DNA of 64,000 nucleotides from an uncultured Candidatus Saccharibacteria bacterium (GTDB taxonomy: Bacteria; Patescibacteriota; Andersenbacteria; UBA10190). The notes below the pieces were generated by a model. It saw only the letters and a program-made list of their open reading frames with translations, did no database searches and was not told where the DNA came from. Shown one piece after another: positions 20,147 to 29,159 of the stretch. The stretch is from assembly GCA_964610055.1 (NCBI GenBank), contig CAZSUC010000001.1, positions 431,912-495,911 on the forward strand, given 5' to 3'. The position numbers and the translations under genes were made by a program. Positions within the stretch are counted from its first letter, which is position 1; every line of letters starts with the position of its first letter.

Positions 20147-21123
20147 TTACCCTCATATTCACGCTCAATATGCTCAACCAAGTTCTCCCACAACAACTCA
20201 AGTAGCTCAGAGGTAGTCAACAAGACCTTACCAACGCCTACTGGCTTTAGTAAACTCACATCCATCAAGTTAATAACATATGAATCCTTTTCTTGACTCC
20301 ACTCAATTCCACCAAACGCATGCATTGCTTTGCGATCAAAACGCCGATCAGTCCACTGATAGAACGATATGTCATCATCACCAGTCATCCCACCAAGCCA
20401 GATAGCAAGATTGTAAATTTTCTTATTTCCACTTCTAACACGAACAATCCGCTCTCCATTACGATTAACTAACGAAACTTGAATACCTCTATCCTTAAGC
20501 AACTCCCCTCGCTTAACTAGCTCATCGACAAGAGAATCTACAACATAATCTGGGTCACTAGATGGATCATGTTCAATCGTTGGGATCCGCGGCAACCTAA
20601 TATTAACAGCGGGAGACACGGTCTGGGGTACTGACTCAACAACAACTTCACCACTAGGCGGCTGCACTTTCGCTGCTATACTTTGAGCTAACTCCTGAGG
20701 CGTAATTCTATTATTTCGCGCGTCGAGGTACTTAGTAGTTGGGTTTAACTGCTCTGGTAGCTCATCTCCTTGCAGCATAACTGGTAGAATGTAATCTCTC
20801 TTTCCACTTAAAACGCCCTGCGATAGCGCACTCTCTAACTCATGCGTTGTAAATGCCTTCTGTTGATAGATATCAGTAACAAAGATGACACAATAACTAG
20901 CACGACCTTTCCCAAAAATATTTTGTAGATACCCCGGCAAGCTATGGCCCCACATTTCCGTCTCTATATCTGGATCACGATCGTAAAATACAGAAACGCC
21001 TCTCTTCCGTAACTCACTATACACAGCTTCTACATATTCACGATCTTCACCTGCATAAGACAGCGCAACAGAATAAGTCGCTTTCTCTTCATTGGTACTG
21101 CTTTGTTCGTGCTTATTAACCAT
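20143..21123 (-). CDS. TIR-domain protein with an uncharacterised C-terminal domain
   Basis: VALSYAGEDR, GVSVFYD, YCVIFVT..Y..KAFTTHE (catalytic Glu position), YILPV. Confidence 0.9.
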   Translation of the reverse strand: MVNKHEQSSTNEEKATYSVALSYAGEDREYVEAVYSELRKRGVSVFYDRDPDIETEMWGHSLPGYLQNIFGKGRASYCVIFVTDIYQQKAFTTHELESALSQGVLSGKRDYILPVMLQGDELPEQLNPTTKYLDARNNRITPQELAQSIAAKVQPPSGEVVVESVPQTVSPAVNIRLPRIPTIEHDPSSDPDYVVDSLVDELVKRGELLKDRGIQVSLVNRNGERIVRVRSGNKKIYNLAIWLGGMTGDDDISFYQWTDRRFDRKAMHAFGGIEWSQEKDSYVINLMDVSLLKPVGVGKVLLTTSELLELLWENLVEHIEREYEGN

Positions 21124-21167
21124 GACAACACATTATGCCACGACAGTATCAGAAAGTGAACACTACT

Positions 21168-22823
21168 TTAAGATGATGTATCGACCGTAATTCCATCTTC
21201 AACCCAAGGGAATTCAAATTCCACATCTATTCTTGCCTTCTTGGGATACTTCTTCAGAAAATTCTCATTTTCATCCACTAGATAGATGGTGCAGTAATCT
21301 GATCCATCGACACGTTTAAGCTTTCGACCATTCAGGACACCCTTCCGCTCCAACGCCTTTCTCGTCGATGGATGAACACTATAGTCATAATTCGTTTGCC
21401 ATTCAGTAAACCAGGTATCCTCGTTATCGCTGTGTAGTGAGGGGATAATGCCTTCCTTAATGTTACGCCAACAGTCAGCGCAGCGAAGTCCATCAAGATT
21501 CCACCATGCTTTACTGCCAGGCATATTCTCACCACAAATACCACAGGTATACATACCACCCTCACTATCTTCTAAAAAGAATCCATCCGGCTCTTTCTCA
21601 AGTCTGCGCTTGCGTGCGTTCTCGATACCTTCAAACTCACCAGACATTTTAGCTAATTGCACCCAGTTGTTGTTGGCATGCTTTCGCTTCATCTCTTCCG
21701 TTATTTTCGCAGCTGGCTTCTTTGGTTGTTCTTCTGTATATAGCTCCATTAAGTCCTCTTCTCGTTCATAGCCACGAATACGTCCAGATAAATATCCGAG
21801 GCGGTAAGAGATATGACCAGACAAGAGTCGCCAGTTTGTATCCTTGAGAGTTTCCTTGATAAGCTGTCGTAACTCATATTCACTGGCGCGGGTACTACGG
21901 TTAGGGTCAGCATCCTGAACACTGAATGGAAGAATGAAATTCATACCATCCTCTGGCTTTCCAAGCGAGAATTCCATGTACTGCGCTTTTTCGAGAGGCT
22001 TAATGAGCTTCTTCTTAAGATCGGCGACCTTAATTTTCTTAAGCTTTGACACTTCAGCATACGCCTGACCCTCATATTTCTCTCGCTCTTCCTTCAGAAC
22101 AACTGAAGCGACTTCAAGTGCTTCTCGTTGATCAAGGGCGGCTTTGCCCTGTTCTTCGGTAAGACAGAATAGGTGACGATATTTTTTAAGTAGTGCCTCA
22201 TCCTTTTTCTTCTCTTTTTCCTTTTCAGCTTCAAATTCTGAGAAGTCATCTATTTCAGTAGCTGAATATCCACATGCTTTACATGCACTTGTAGTAGTAA
22301 CAACATCACCCTTTCTTTTAGATGTTACGGTTATTTCTTTCCCACACTCGGGACATAGGTCTGGCTCTGGCTTCCACTCCTTACCATTCTCAAAGATTGC
22401 TTTTCGTTTTTTGCAATCGGGACAGGCAAAAAAGAACAGCATCTTCGATGGCTTATCATTAATCCCAGTTCGAAGACTCTTAAAGGTGGCGTGCATAAGA
22501 ACACCACACTGACATTGAATATCCTGAGGTGGTGGAGTGTTATCGTATTTATTTTGAAGCTTTTGATCTTTTTCTACCCACTCAGCTATTGTCTTTTCTT
22601 TCTCTTCATAGCGGCCGGTTAGAGTATAGAAGAGTTGATTGTAGAGCATTCGGTTAAGGTGGTTCTTTGTTTGGAGGGGCGTTTCTGTATTTCGAGAGTC
22701 TTTGACCATTTTTTGATACGTTTTCTGGTAGACATCTACTACATCCAGTGCTCGATGGATGGTTATGAGGTCGTAAAGATCAGTGTAGTGTTGCCCCGAC
22801 TTCAAATAGAGAGACTTTTGCAT
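21168..22823 (-). CDS. Multi-Zn-finger hypothetical protein of the element
   Basis: CQC/CPDC, CPEC/CKAC, CGIC/CADC; start taken at ATG 22823, just after the YfhO stop. Confidence 0.8.
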   Translation of the reverse strand: MQKSLYLKSGQHYTDLYDLITIHRALDVVDVYQKTYQKMVKDSRNTETPLQTKNHLNRMLYNQLFYTLTGRYEEKEKTIAEWVEKDQKLQNKYDNTPPPQDIQCQCGVLMHATFKSLRTGINDKPSKMLFFFACPDCKKRKAIFENGKEWKPEPDLCPECGKEITVTSKRKGDVVTTTSACKACGYSATEIDDFSEFEAEKEKEKKKDEALLKKYRHLFCLTEEQGKAALDQREALEVASVVLKEEREKYEGQAYAEVSKLKKIKVADLKKKLIKPLEKAQYMEFSLGKPEDGMNFILPFSVQDADPNRSTRASEYELRQLIKETLKDTNWRLLSGHISYRLGYLSGRIRGYEREEDLMELYTEEQPKKPAAKITEEMKRKHANNNWVQLAKMSGEFEGIENARKRRLEKEPDGFFLEDSEGGMYTCGICGENMPGSKAWWNLDGLRCADCWRNIKEGIIPSLHSDNEDTWFTEWQTNYDYSVHPSTRKALERKGVLNGRKLKRVDGSDYCTIYLVDENENFLKKYPKKARIDVEFEFPWVEDGITVDTSS

Positions 22824-22828
22824 AGCCT

Positions 22829-25384
22829 CTAGAAGGCCCCTTTCCTTGAGAGCCTTAACCCCATCAGAAGCATGATTGCCAAAGAAATACCCGTAATGAT
22901 AAACGCCTCCTGAATCCATCGCGGCTTATAAACAAAAACAACTTCATGAGCTTCTCCTGGCACGTAAACTCCTCGAAATATACTATCCGTTCGATAAACA
23001 GGAACTTCATTCCCATCGACATACGCCTTCCATCCTGGGAAAAGCACGTCTCTCATTACAAGAAATCCGTCACCTTCATTCTTCACTTGTACAGCAACGG
23101 TATTGCGATTGTCCTGGACGCCTAGAACTTCACCAGTGGCTGCAAAGTCCATATTTTCTGAAACACTAGCTACTGCAAAGTTGATATCCTGAGAGTCAAT
23201 ATCTAGTAAGATATTTTTCTGTTCTTTACTACTATCTGCAGATGCCTGTACATGCCTAACAAAATGCACTCTAGGAAATGCTTCTTTGTTCTCATAAGTA
23301 CGAATAATCTTATCCCCCAATGGAATTTCTGAGACCTCCTCAAAATCTAGAAGATTATCTGCAAAACGATAAGGTGGGTATAAGCCTATTACATGCGTGA
23401 TAGGGAAACGATTTACCAACGAACGGTTATCTTGCCAAGCTGAACCACTGCCACGATCACCAAGAAATTCTAAATACTTACTCACGTCGTATAGTGGAAG
23501 TGGTCCCGTCCATTGCGCAGTGTTAATTCCAAATCCAGCCGGTGTATAAGGCGCTAATAGTTCATAGCCTTTTATTAGATCATTCGATACTACCAACTGG
23601 AAGGATATGTCAGTCGTGTTATCTCCTGCGATTACAGCTTCACAGTCATCAACGTTCCTACAGGAAAAAAGTTGCCCAGTAGGATTGTACTGATTGCTAT
23701 CAGGGTTTGTATGTATGTATAAACGAGAAGCTTGTTGCTTTTGAGATATATCTGAAGTGATCTCAAAATACATTGCCTGATCCTGAATGTTATCCAATTG
23801 CTCAAAAGAAAACGTACTCCATTCACCATCTCTAATATTTTGAGTAGATATTGAGCTCTTTCTTAGTAAATCACCTCTATCGTCAAATAGCTTCAAGGTA
23901 ATTTCTCCAACCACCGAGGACTCAGAAAGGCGAAGATTAATACCATCAATTTGATTAAAGGGGGAGGAAAAACTTTGCCGATATGCATACTGTGGGACAA
24001 TAGGATTCCAAATCATAATCCCGAAGTTGTTGTGTGGAGCAATTGCCGATAAACGCTCTTTGGAAAAAACTCGTACAAATGAATTTTGACTATTAAAAAA
24101 CTTTGCTACTTCTGGTTCTTGAGTAGCCTGCCAAGACACTTCATCGTGCCATCGCCAAGAAACATAAAAAACAGGAACAATGCTTCCTATAAGAATTATC
24201 ACTGCGAGAACAGTCTTCATTCTTCTGCTATGAGCAAGGTTCACAATCCAGTGAAATCCGATAGCAGAAAGCAAAATTAAACCAATATTAGAAAATAGAA
24301 AGAAACGCGCGGGCGAATTAAAATATCTCCACCCCATATCAACTAACCACACATATACAGCCGAATCTTTTCCGAGGGCTAACACGAAACCAAGATTTGT
24401 AATCACTACAGAAAAAAGCCAAAGGAATCGAAAACTTTTTCTACCAACTAAAAGACCAAACAAAGAGAGAAGTAGCGTTATTGGACCCAAGTAGCTTGAT
24501 AGTTCAGCTTCATTTTTAGGCCCCATATATTCGTCACCATGACCAAACGGATGTGGAATCACTAGCCCCTTTAACGCCTCAATAGGAAAACTAAAATCCA
24601 ATAACTCCTCATCCGTGCTAACACCTTGTGCCCGATCAGTAAAAGGAATGACTTCAACTATTGGCAACCAGTAGAAAGATGTTAATCCAATGACGATGAA
24701 TACACTTATCAGAATCAATAGCGCCCGCTTCCATTTCTTGTAATCAGTGACAAGAAGACACAAAACGAATATCGCTTGTAAAACGAAGATGATGACAGCC
24801 ATCTGAGGATGGCCAACTAATACACAAAGGGAACTACTCAAAATCCAATAAATTAATATACGGACTCCCCCTGTTTTCAAAAACATTTGTAGAAAAAGAA
24901 ATAAAAGTGGCACCCAGGTAAAAGGCAAAATGAGATTAATCATTTCATACTTACCTACAAAGGCTGCCCCTAGTGGCAGCAACAACGCTGCCATCCCGGA
25001 TGCCATAGTCTGAACTTTGTTAAATCTCAAAAAAGAAAAAACACCAATCGCTGCTAATAAGCTGTGAATAAGCATTGAAATATTAAGCGTCCAAACAGCT
25101 GGGAAAAACTGGCGTAAAGCCATATGCAGTGGATAAAAGAAACCTAATTGACCGGTCGCAAGTAATGGGTAGCCACCAGCTAACTCGGGTGACCACAAAG
25201 GCAACTCTCCGGACCTTTGAATGACACCATATAGGTTTTCTAACGCCGTCGTAGTGGTAACGAGGTCGTTATTAAACCACAATCCCCGAAAAACCCACTT
25301 TGTAATAAAGAAAAGGCAGATAATTAAGGCAATAACGCCAAAACTTCTAGTATCAAAATTTAACTGAAAGTTTATTTTCCTCAT
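22829..25384 (-). CDS. YfhO-family polytopic membrane protein (GT-C-like)
   Basis: PLWSP..GGYPLLA..GFFYP; about 12 TM segments; C-terminal FPGWKAYVDG..FRGVYVPG..HEVVFVYKP. Confidence 0.88.
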   Translation of the reverse strand: MRKINFQLNFDTRSFGVIALIICLFFITKWVFRGLWFNNDLVTTTTALENLYGVIQRSGELPLWSPELAGGYPLLATGQLGFFYPLHMALRQFFPAVWTLNISMLIHSLLAAIGVFSFLRFNKVQTMASGMAALLLPLGAAFVGKYEMINLILPFTWVPLLFLFLQMFLKTGGVRILIYWILSSSLCVLVGHPQMAVIIFVLQAIFVLCLLVTDYKKWKRALLILISVFIVIGLTSFYWLPIVEVIPFTDRAQGVSTDEELLDFSFPIEALKGLVIPHPFGHGDEYMGPKNEAELSSYLGPITLLLSLFGLLVGRKSFRFLWLFSVVITNLGFVLALGKDSAVYVWLVDMGWRYFNSPARFFLFSNIGLILLSAIGFHWIVNLAHSRRMKTVLAVIILIGSIVPVFYVSWRWHDEVSWQATQEPEVAKFFNSQNSFVRVFSKERLSAIAPHNNFGIMIWNPIVPQYAYRQSFSSPFNQIDGINLRLSESSVVGEITLKLFDDRGDLLRKSSISTQNIRDGEWSTFSFEQLDNIQDQAMYFEITSDISQKQQASRLYIHTNPDSNQYNPTGQLFSCRNVDDCEAVIAGDNTTDISFQLVVSNDLIKGYELLAPYTPAGFGINTAQWTGPLPLYDVSKYLEFLGDRGSGSAWQDNRSLVNRFPITHVIGLYPPYRFADNLLDFEEVSEIPLGDKIIRTYENKEAFPRVHFVRHVQASADSSKEQKNILLDIDSQDINFAVASVSENMDFAATGEVLGVQDNRNTVAVQVKNEGDGFLVMRDVLFPGWKAYVDGNEVPVYRTDSIFRGVYVPGEAHEVVFVYKPRWIQEAFIITGISLAIMLLMGLRLSRKGAF

Positions 25385-25386
25385 TT

Positions 25387-25555
25387 CCTGGTACGGATTT
25401 AGAGGCGAGGGCTATATAAACACAAAGCCCGCCGCCAGCTCGCAATCTTTCGATCGCGCATACCCCTTTCGGGGTATGACCGTACCAGGGCTGCTGAACG
25501 ACGGGTTCAGTATCCTGGTACGGGGTTTCAATGCCATGCCTCGAAAATTGAGGTT
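25387..25555 (-). promoter_or_regulatory. Multi-hairpin structured leader or REP-like cluster upstream of yfhO
   Basis: About 19-bp stem ccgtaccagg..cctggtacgg, two GAAA-tetraloop hairpins, and a second ccgtaccagg copy next to the ATG. Confidence 0.55.
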
Positions 25556-25624
25556 TAGGCAAATATTCAGTTATGTATCCATTTTTGCTCTAAACAGGCT
25601 TTAAATCAACTTTTCTAAATACCA

Positions 25625-25671
25625 TTGACGATGAGAGCGTTAAGAGTAAAATTTACTTAGAAGCAACGCTC
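25625..25671 (+). promoter_or_regulatory. Sigma70-like promoter of the MTase-terminase operon with a flanking inverted repeat
   Basis: TTGACG, 16 bp, TAAAAT; gagcgtt...aacgctc straddles the -10. Confidence 0.5.
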
Positions 25672-25807
25672 GTTTAAAGAATAATAAAAAAGGATACTTC
25701 AATGTCTGCAAAAGACGTAGTTGTATTCCCCTACTCCGACGGAGGCGTGCTCCGATAACAAATGTAGAGTAGAGCTGGCAGTTAGCCTCGCGGGCGTAAC
25801 AGCGTAG

Positions 25808-25874
25808 AACTGTTCAGTGAAATCGAAGGTGGTTATTTTAACCATTTATTTTCGATGTCACTGAACAGTTTTTT
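25808..25874 (+). terminator. Long terminator/attenuator hairpin in the MTase leader
   Basis: aactgttcagtga...tcactgaacagtt 13-bp perfect outer stem, inner stems, followed by tttt. Confidence 0.65.
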
Positions 25875-25947
25875 GTTGGAGATAAGAAAATAAATAACAC
25901 CTTTGCTATCATCGAGCGTGGCTTTATTTAATCCTTCAAATAAAGTC

Positions 25948-27291
25948 ATGAAAAAGACTCCATACAAAAACCAACAAAATATCGACGTCGAGTACGTCAA
26001 CACAAAGAATCTAAAATCAGCGTCATATAACCCTCGGCATTGGAACGACGACGCAAGGAAGCAGCTCAAAGAGAGTGTGCGGCGATTCGGTCTCGTTGAT
26101 CCGATAATCTGCAATAGTGCTCCTTCTCGGAAAAACACAGTCATTGGTGGGCATTTTCGCTTGGCTGTTGCTAAAGAGCTTGGCTTCAAAGAAGTCCCCG
26201 TCGTTTACGTTAATATCCCTACTCTTGAGCGGGAAAAGGAACTTAATCTTCGACTCAATAAGAATCAAGGTGAATGGGATTTTGACCTATTGGCTGAATT
26301 CGATGAGAAATTACTCGCCGATGTCGGATTTAATTCCGAGGAGCTCGATGAAGTATTTGCTGAAATTGAAACGCCAGAAGAATTCGACCTTGAGAAAGAA
26401 CTTCAAAAACTTGATATCAAAACTGTTGAACTCAAGAAAGGTGACATCGTGCAATTAGGTGACAGTCGGATGCTAGTTGGAGACTCGACTATTGAGGCCG
26501 ATTTCATAAAGCTCATGAATGGTGAACAGGCGGACATGTGTCTGACCGATCCCCCATATTTACTAGATTATTTAAACGCCAAGCGTCATGGCAAAGCAGT
26601 AACAGGATTTGGGGCAAAGCGTGATCGACGGTATCTCGAAACGGATGTTTTACCAGATAACTTCACTGAGCTATGGATGGGTAATATTGCCAAGGTACAA
26701 AAAACAAACTTCAGTATTATCGTCTACGAGAATTGGAAGAATCTGCGCGTTATTTGGGAAGAAATGGAAAAGCACTGGAAAGTTAAGAACATGCTGGTCT
26801 GGCATCTGCCGAATCGCCATCAAGGCTTCTCCGCTAAGCACAAATTCTTCAGCAAGCATGACATCGCAATGGTAGGTGCAAGCAAGAATTCCGATGTCAC
26901 TTACAACCATTCCGAAGAAGCAGATGGTCTTCAAGAAGAATATGAGACTGCTTTGTATGCCATAGCCGGAAAACCACACTGGGAGGGATACAAGAAGGGC
27001 AAGAAAGTGATGCCAACTGACTTCATTGAATTCAATGCTTCTGATGAGAAGCATTCTGGGCAGGGCGTTGTGTTCGGTACCAAGCCCATCGAAATCCTCA
27101 TTCCCTACATCAAGGTACTCACGAAACGTGGCGACTTAATCGTGGAGCCATTCGGAGGATCAGGAAGTACATTGATCGCTGCCACGAAAATGAAGCGACG
27201 CTGCTACATCATGGAAAAATCTCCTGTATACGCGGAAGTGATTCGTAAGCGCTGGGAGAAGCTAACTGGGGAGAAAGGAGTGGTTGTATGA
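25948..27291 (+). CDS. ParB-N fused DNA methyltransferase (N4/N6, beta class)
   Basis: YNPR..LKESV..FGLVDPII..GGHFR (ParB-like); TDPPY before EPFGGSGST; start ATG 25948. Confidence 0.92.
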   Translation: MKKTPYKNQQNIDVEYVNTKNLKSASYNPRHWNDDARKQLKESVRRFGLVDPIICNSAPSRKNTVIGGHFRLAVAKELGFKEVPVVYVNIPTLEREKELNLRLNKNQGEWDFDLLAEFDEKLLADVGFNSEELDEVFAEIETPEEFDLEKELQKLDIKTVELKKGDIVQLGDSRMLVGDSTIEADFIKLMNGEQADMCLTDPPYLLDYLNAKRHGKAVTGFGAKRDRRYLETDVLPDNFTELWMGNIAKVQKTNFSIIVYENWKNLRVIWEEMEKHWKVKNMLVWHLPNRHQGFSAKHKFFSKHDIAMVGASKNSDVTYNHSEEADGLQEEYETALYAIAGKPHWEGYKKGKKVMPTDFIEFNASDEKHSGQGVVFGTKPIEILIPYIKVLTKRGDLIVEPFGGSGSTLIAATKMKRRCYIMEKSPVYAEVIRKRWEKLTGEKGVVV

Positions 27292-27722
27292 GCAAGGCAC
27301 TAGCCATAAAGCAGAGTAAGAAAAAAGAAGCATTACTTGAACAGCTCAGGAAAGTACCGATTGTGCAACTTGCCTGCGATCGCACTGACGTAAGTCGAGC
27401 AACGTTCTATCGCTGGAAGAAAAGTGATAAGGATTTTGCCGAAGCCGTTGATGAAGCTCTGCTATCAGGATCTTCGCTTATCAACGACATGGCGGAATCA
27501 AAGCTCATTGCCGCTATCAAAGAGGGCAACATGACTGGGATTATCTATTGGCTGAAACATCATCATCCGGCATATACCACCCGAGTAGAGCTGTCTGTGG
27601 GACCGAAGCAAAACGATGAGCTTACCGCTGAACAGCAGCAAGTAGTTCAAGAAGCGCTAGCAAAAGCAGCCCTTATTGAACAAGGGGAAATTAATTCACT
27701 AAATGAAACCTATGAAAAATAA
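27288..27722 (+). CDS. HTH protein, putative terminase small subunit
   Basis: ACDRTDVSRATFYRWKK..F HTH; AESKL..IIYWLK; overlaps both the MTase and terL genes. Confidence 0.75.
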   Translation: MSKALAIKQSKKKEALLEQLRKVPIVQLACDRTDVSRATFYRWKKSDKDFAEAVDEALLSGSSLINDMAESKLIAAIKEGNMTGIIYWLKHHHPAYTTRVELSVGPKQNDELTAEQQQVVQEALAKAALIEQGEINSLNETYEK

Positions 27723-29151
27723 TATTCTATCGCCTGAAGTATTAGGTCACTTAATGCGTGACCGCATGGCACGACAAGCAGTAGCCTCTCATAACCATCT
27801 TCTGTTCTTCCATATCTACTTATCCCGATACGTAAAGTACGACACTGCAGAATTTCAACGTAAGCTATTCAAGCTCACCGAGGACTCGAGTATCCGACAT
27901 GCAGCTATCGTTGCATTTCGAGGGTCTGCCAAGACAACCATCATGACGCTTTCATACCCCCTTTGGGCTATCCTCGGTGTTCAGCAGCGTAAATTCGTCA
28001 TGCTTTTAAGCCAGACGCAGGGACAGGCTCAACAAATGCTTGTGAATCTGAAGCGTGAGATTGAGAATAATGAAATATTGCGGAATGACTTCGGTGCTCT
28101 TGAGCACGCAACCGATGAGTGGGGTCGAGAATCACTCGTTATCAAAAAATACGGTGCCAAGATTATGGCGGCTTCGAGCGAAACGAGTGTACGAGGCGTA
28201 CGGTTCGGAGAACACCGACCGGATCTCATCATCTGCGATGACGTTGAAGATTTGCAGTCAACCGCTACCCGAGAGGGACGCAATAAGACATATAACTGGC
28301 TCATGGGAGATATCATCCCAGCTGGAGACCGCAACACCCGAGTTGTTGTTATCGGAAATCTACTGCATGAAGACTCACTCCTCATGCGATTAAAAGAAGA
28401 TATGGATCGTGACCGACTTGATGGAGCCTTTCTGCAATTCCCTCTTTTGGATGAGAATGATAAGCCGCTCTGGCCAGGCAAGTTCCCTGACCAAGAAAGC
28501 ATTGATCGTCTACGTAAGACTGTACCAAGCCTACCAGCCTGGCATCGTGAATACATGCTTAACATTGTTCCAAATCAAGACCAGATTGTGCTTCAAGAGT
28601 GGATTAAATATTACGATAACCTTCCGCCAGAGGAGCGCTACAAAACTGTCGTGGCCGTTGATCTCGCAATCGGACTTGAGAAAAACAATGATTACACAGC
28701 AATCCTAAGTGCTCGCATTTATGGGTATGAAGATAAGATGCAGATATTTATTCTGCCAAATATCATCAACAAACGAATGAGCTTCCCAGACCAGCGCCTT
28801 ACGCTACAATCTGTTGCAGATAGCTTGGGGCATCCCAAGATATACATTGAAGATGTCGCCTATCAAAAATCGTTAATCCAGCAATTGAAAGCCGACGGGT
28901 ACAGTGTTGATGGCGCAAAGGTATTCGGACAAGACAAGTTCTCACGTCTCGAAACCGTAACTCATCTTTTGCAAAACGGTCAGGTGTTCTTCCCTCGAGA
29001 ACGTTCCAAGGAGCTTGTTAATCAGCTAACGGGCTTTGGAATTGAGAAACACGATGACCTAGCAGATGCCTTTTCAATTCTTCTGCAAAAAGCGATCGAG
29101 AATAACCGACGGCGAGGGCGAGTATGGGCACATAAGCCAAAGGGATTCTGA
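27703..29151 (+). CDS. terL: Phage terminase large subunit
   Basis: FRGSAKTT (Walker A), RPDLIICDD (Walker B), VIGN, nuclease AVDLA and HDDLADA. Confidence 0.88.
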   Translation: MKPMKNNILSPEVLGHLMRDRMARQAVASHNHLLFFHIYLSRYVKYDTAEFQRKLFKLTEDSSIRHAAIVAFRGSAKTTIMTLSYPLWAILGVQQRKFVMLLSQTQGQAQQMLVNLKREIENNEILRNDFGALEHATDEWGRESLVIKKYGAKIMAASSETSVRGVRFGEHRPDLIICDDVEDLQSTATREGRNKTYNWLMGDIIPAGDRNTRVVVIGNLLHEDSLLMRLKEDMDRDRLDGAFLQFPLLDENDKPLWPGKFPDQESIDRLRKTVPSLPAWHREYMLNIVPNQDQIVLQEWIKYYDNLPPEERYKTVVAVDLAIGLEKNNDYTAILSARIYGYEDKMQIFILPNIINKRMSFPDQRLTLQSVADSLGHPKIYIEDVAYQKSLIQQLKADGYSVDGAKVFGQDKFSRLETVTHLLQNGQVFFPRERSKELVNQLTGFGIEKHDDLADAFSILLQKAIENNRRRGRVWAHKPKGF

Positions 29152-29159
29152 TGTGCCAA

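Noticed and set aside
25353-25562. 69-aa ORF upstream of yfhO
   Set aside because: TTG start, overlaps the hairpin cluster and yfhO out of frame; better explained as structured non-coding sequence, although a leader peptide is not excluded.
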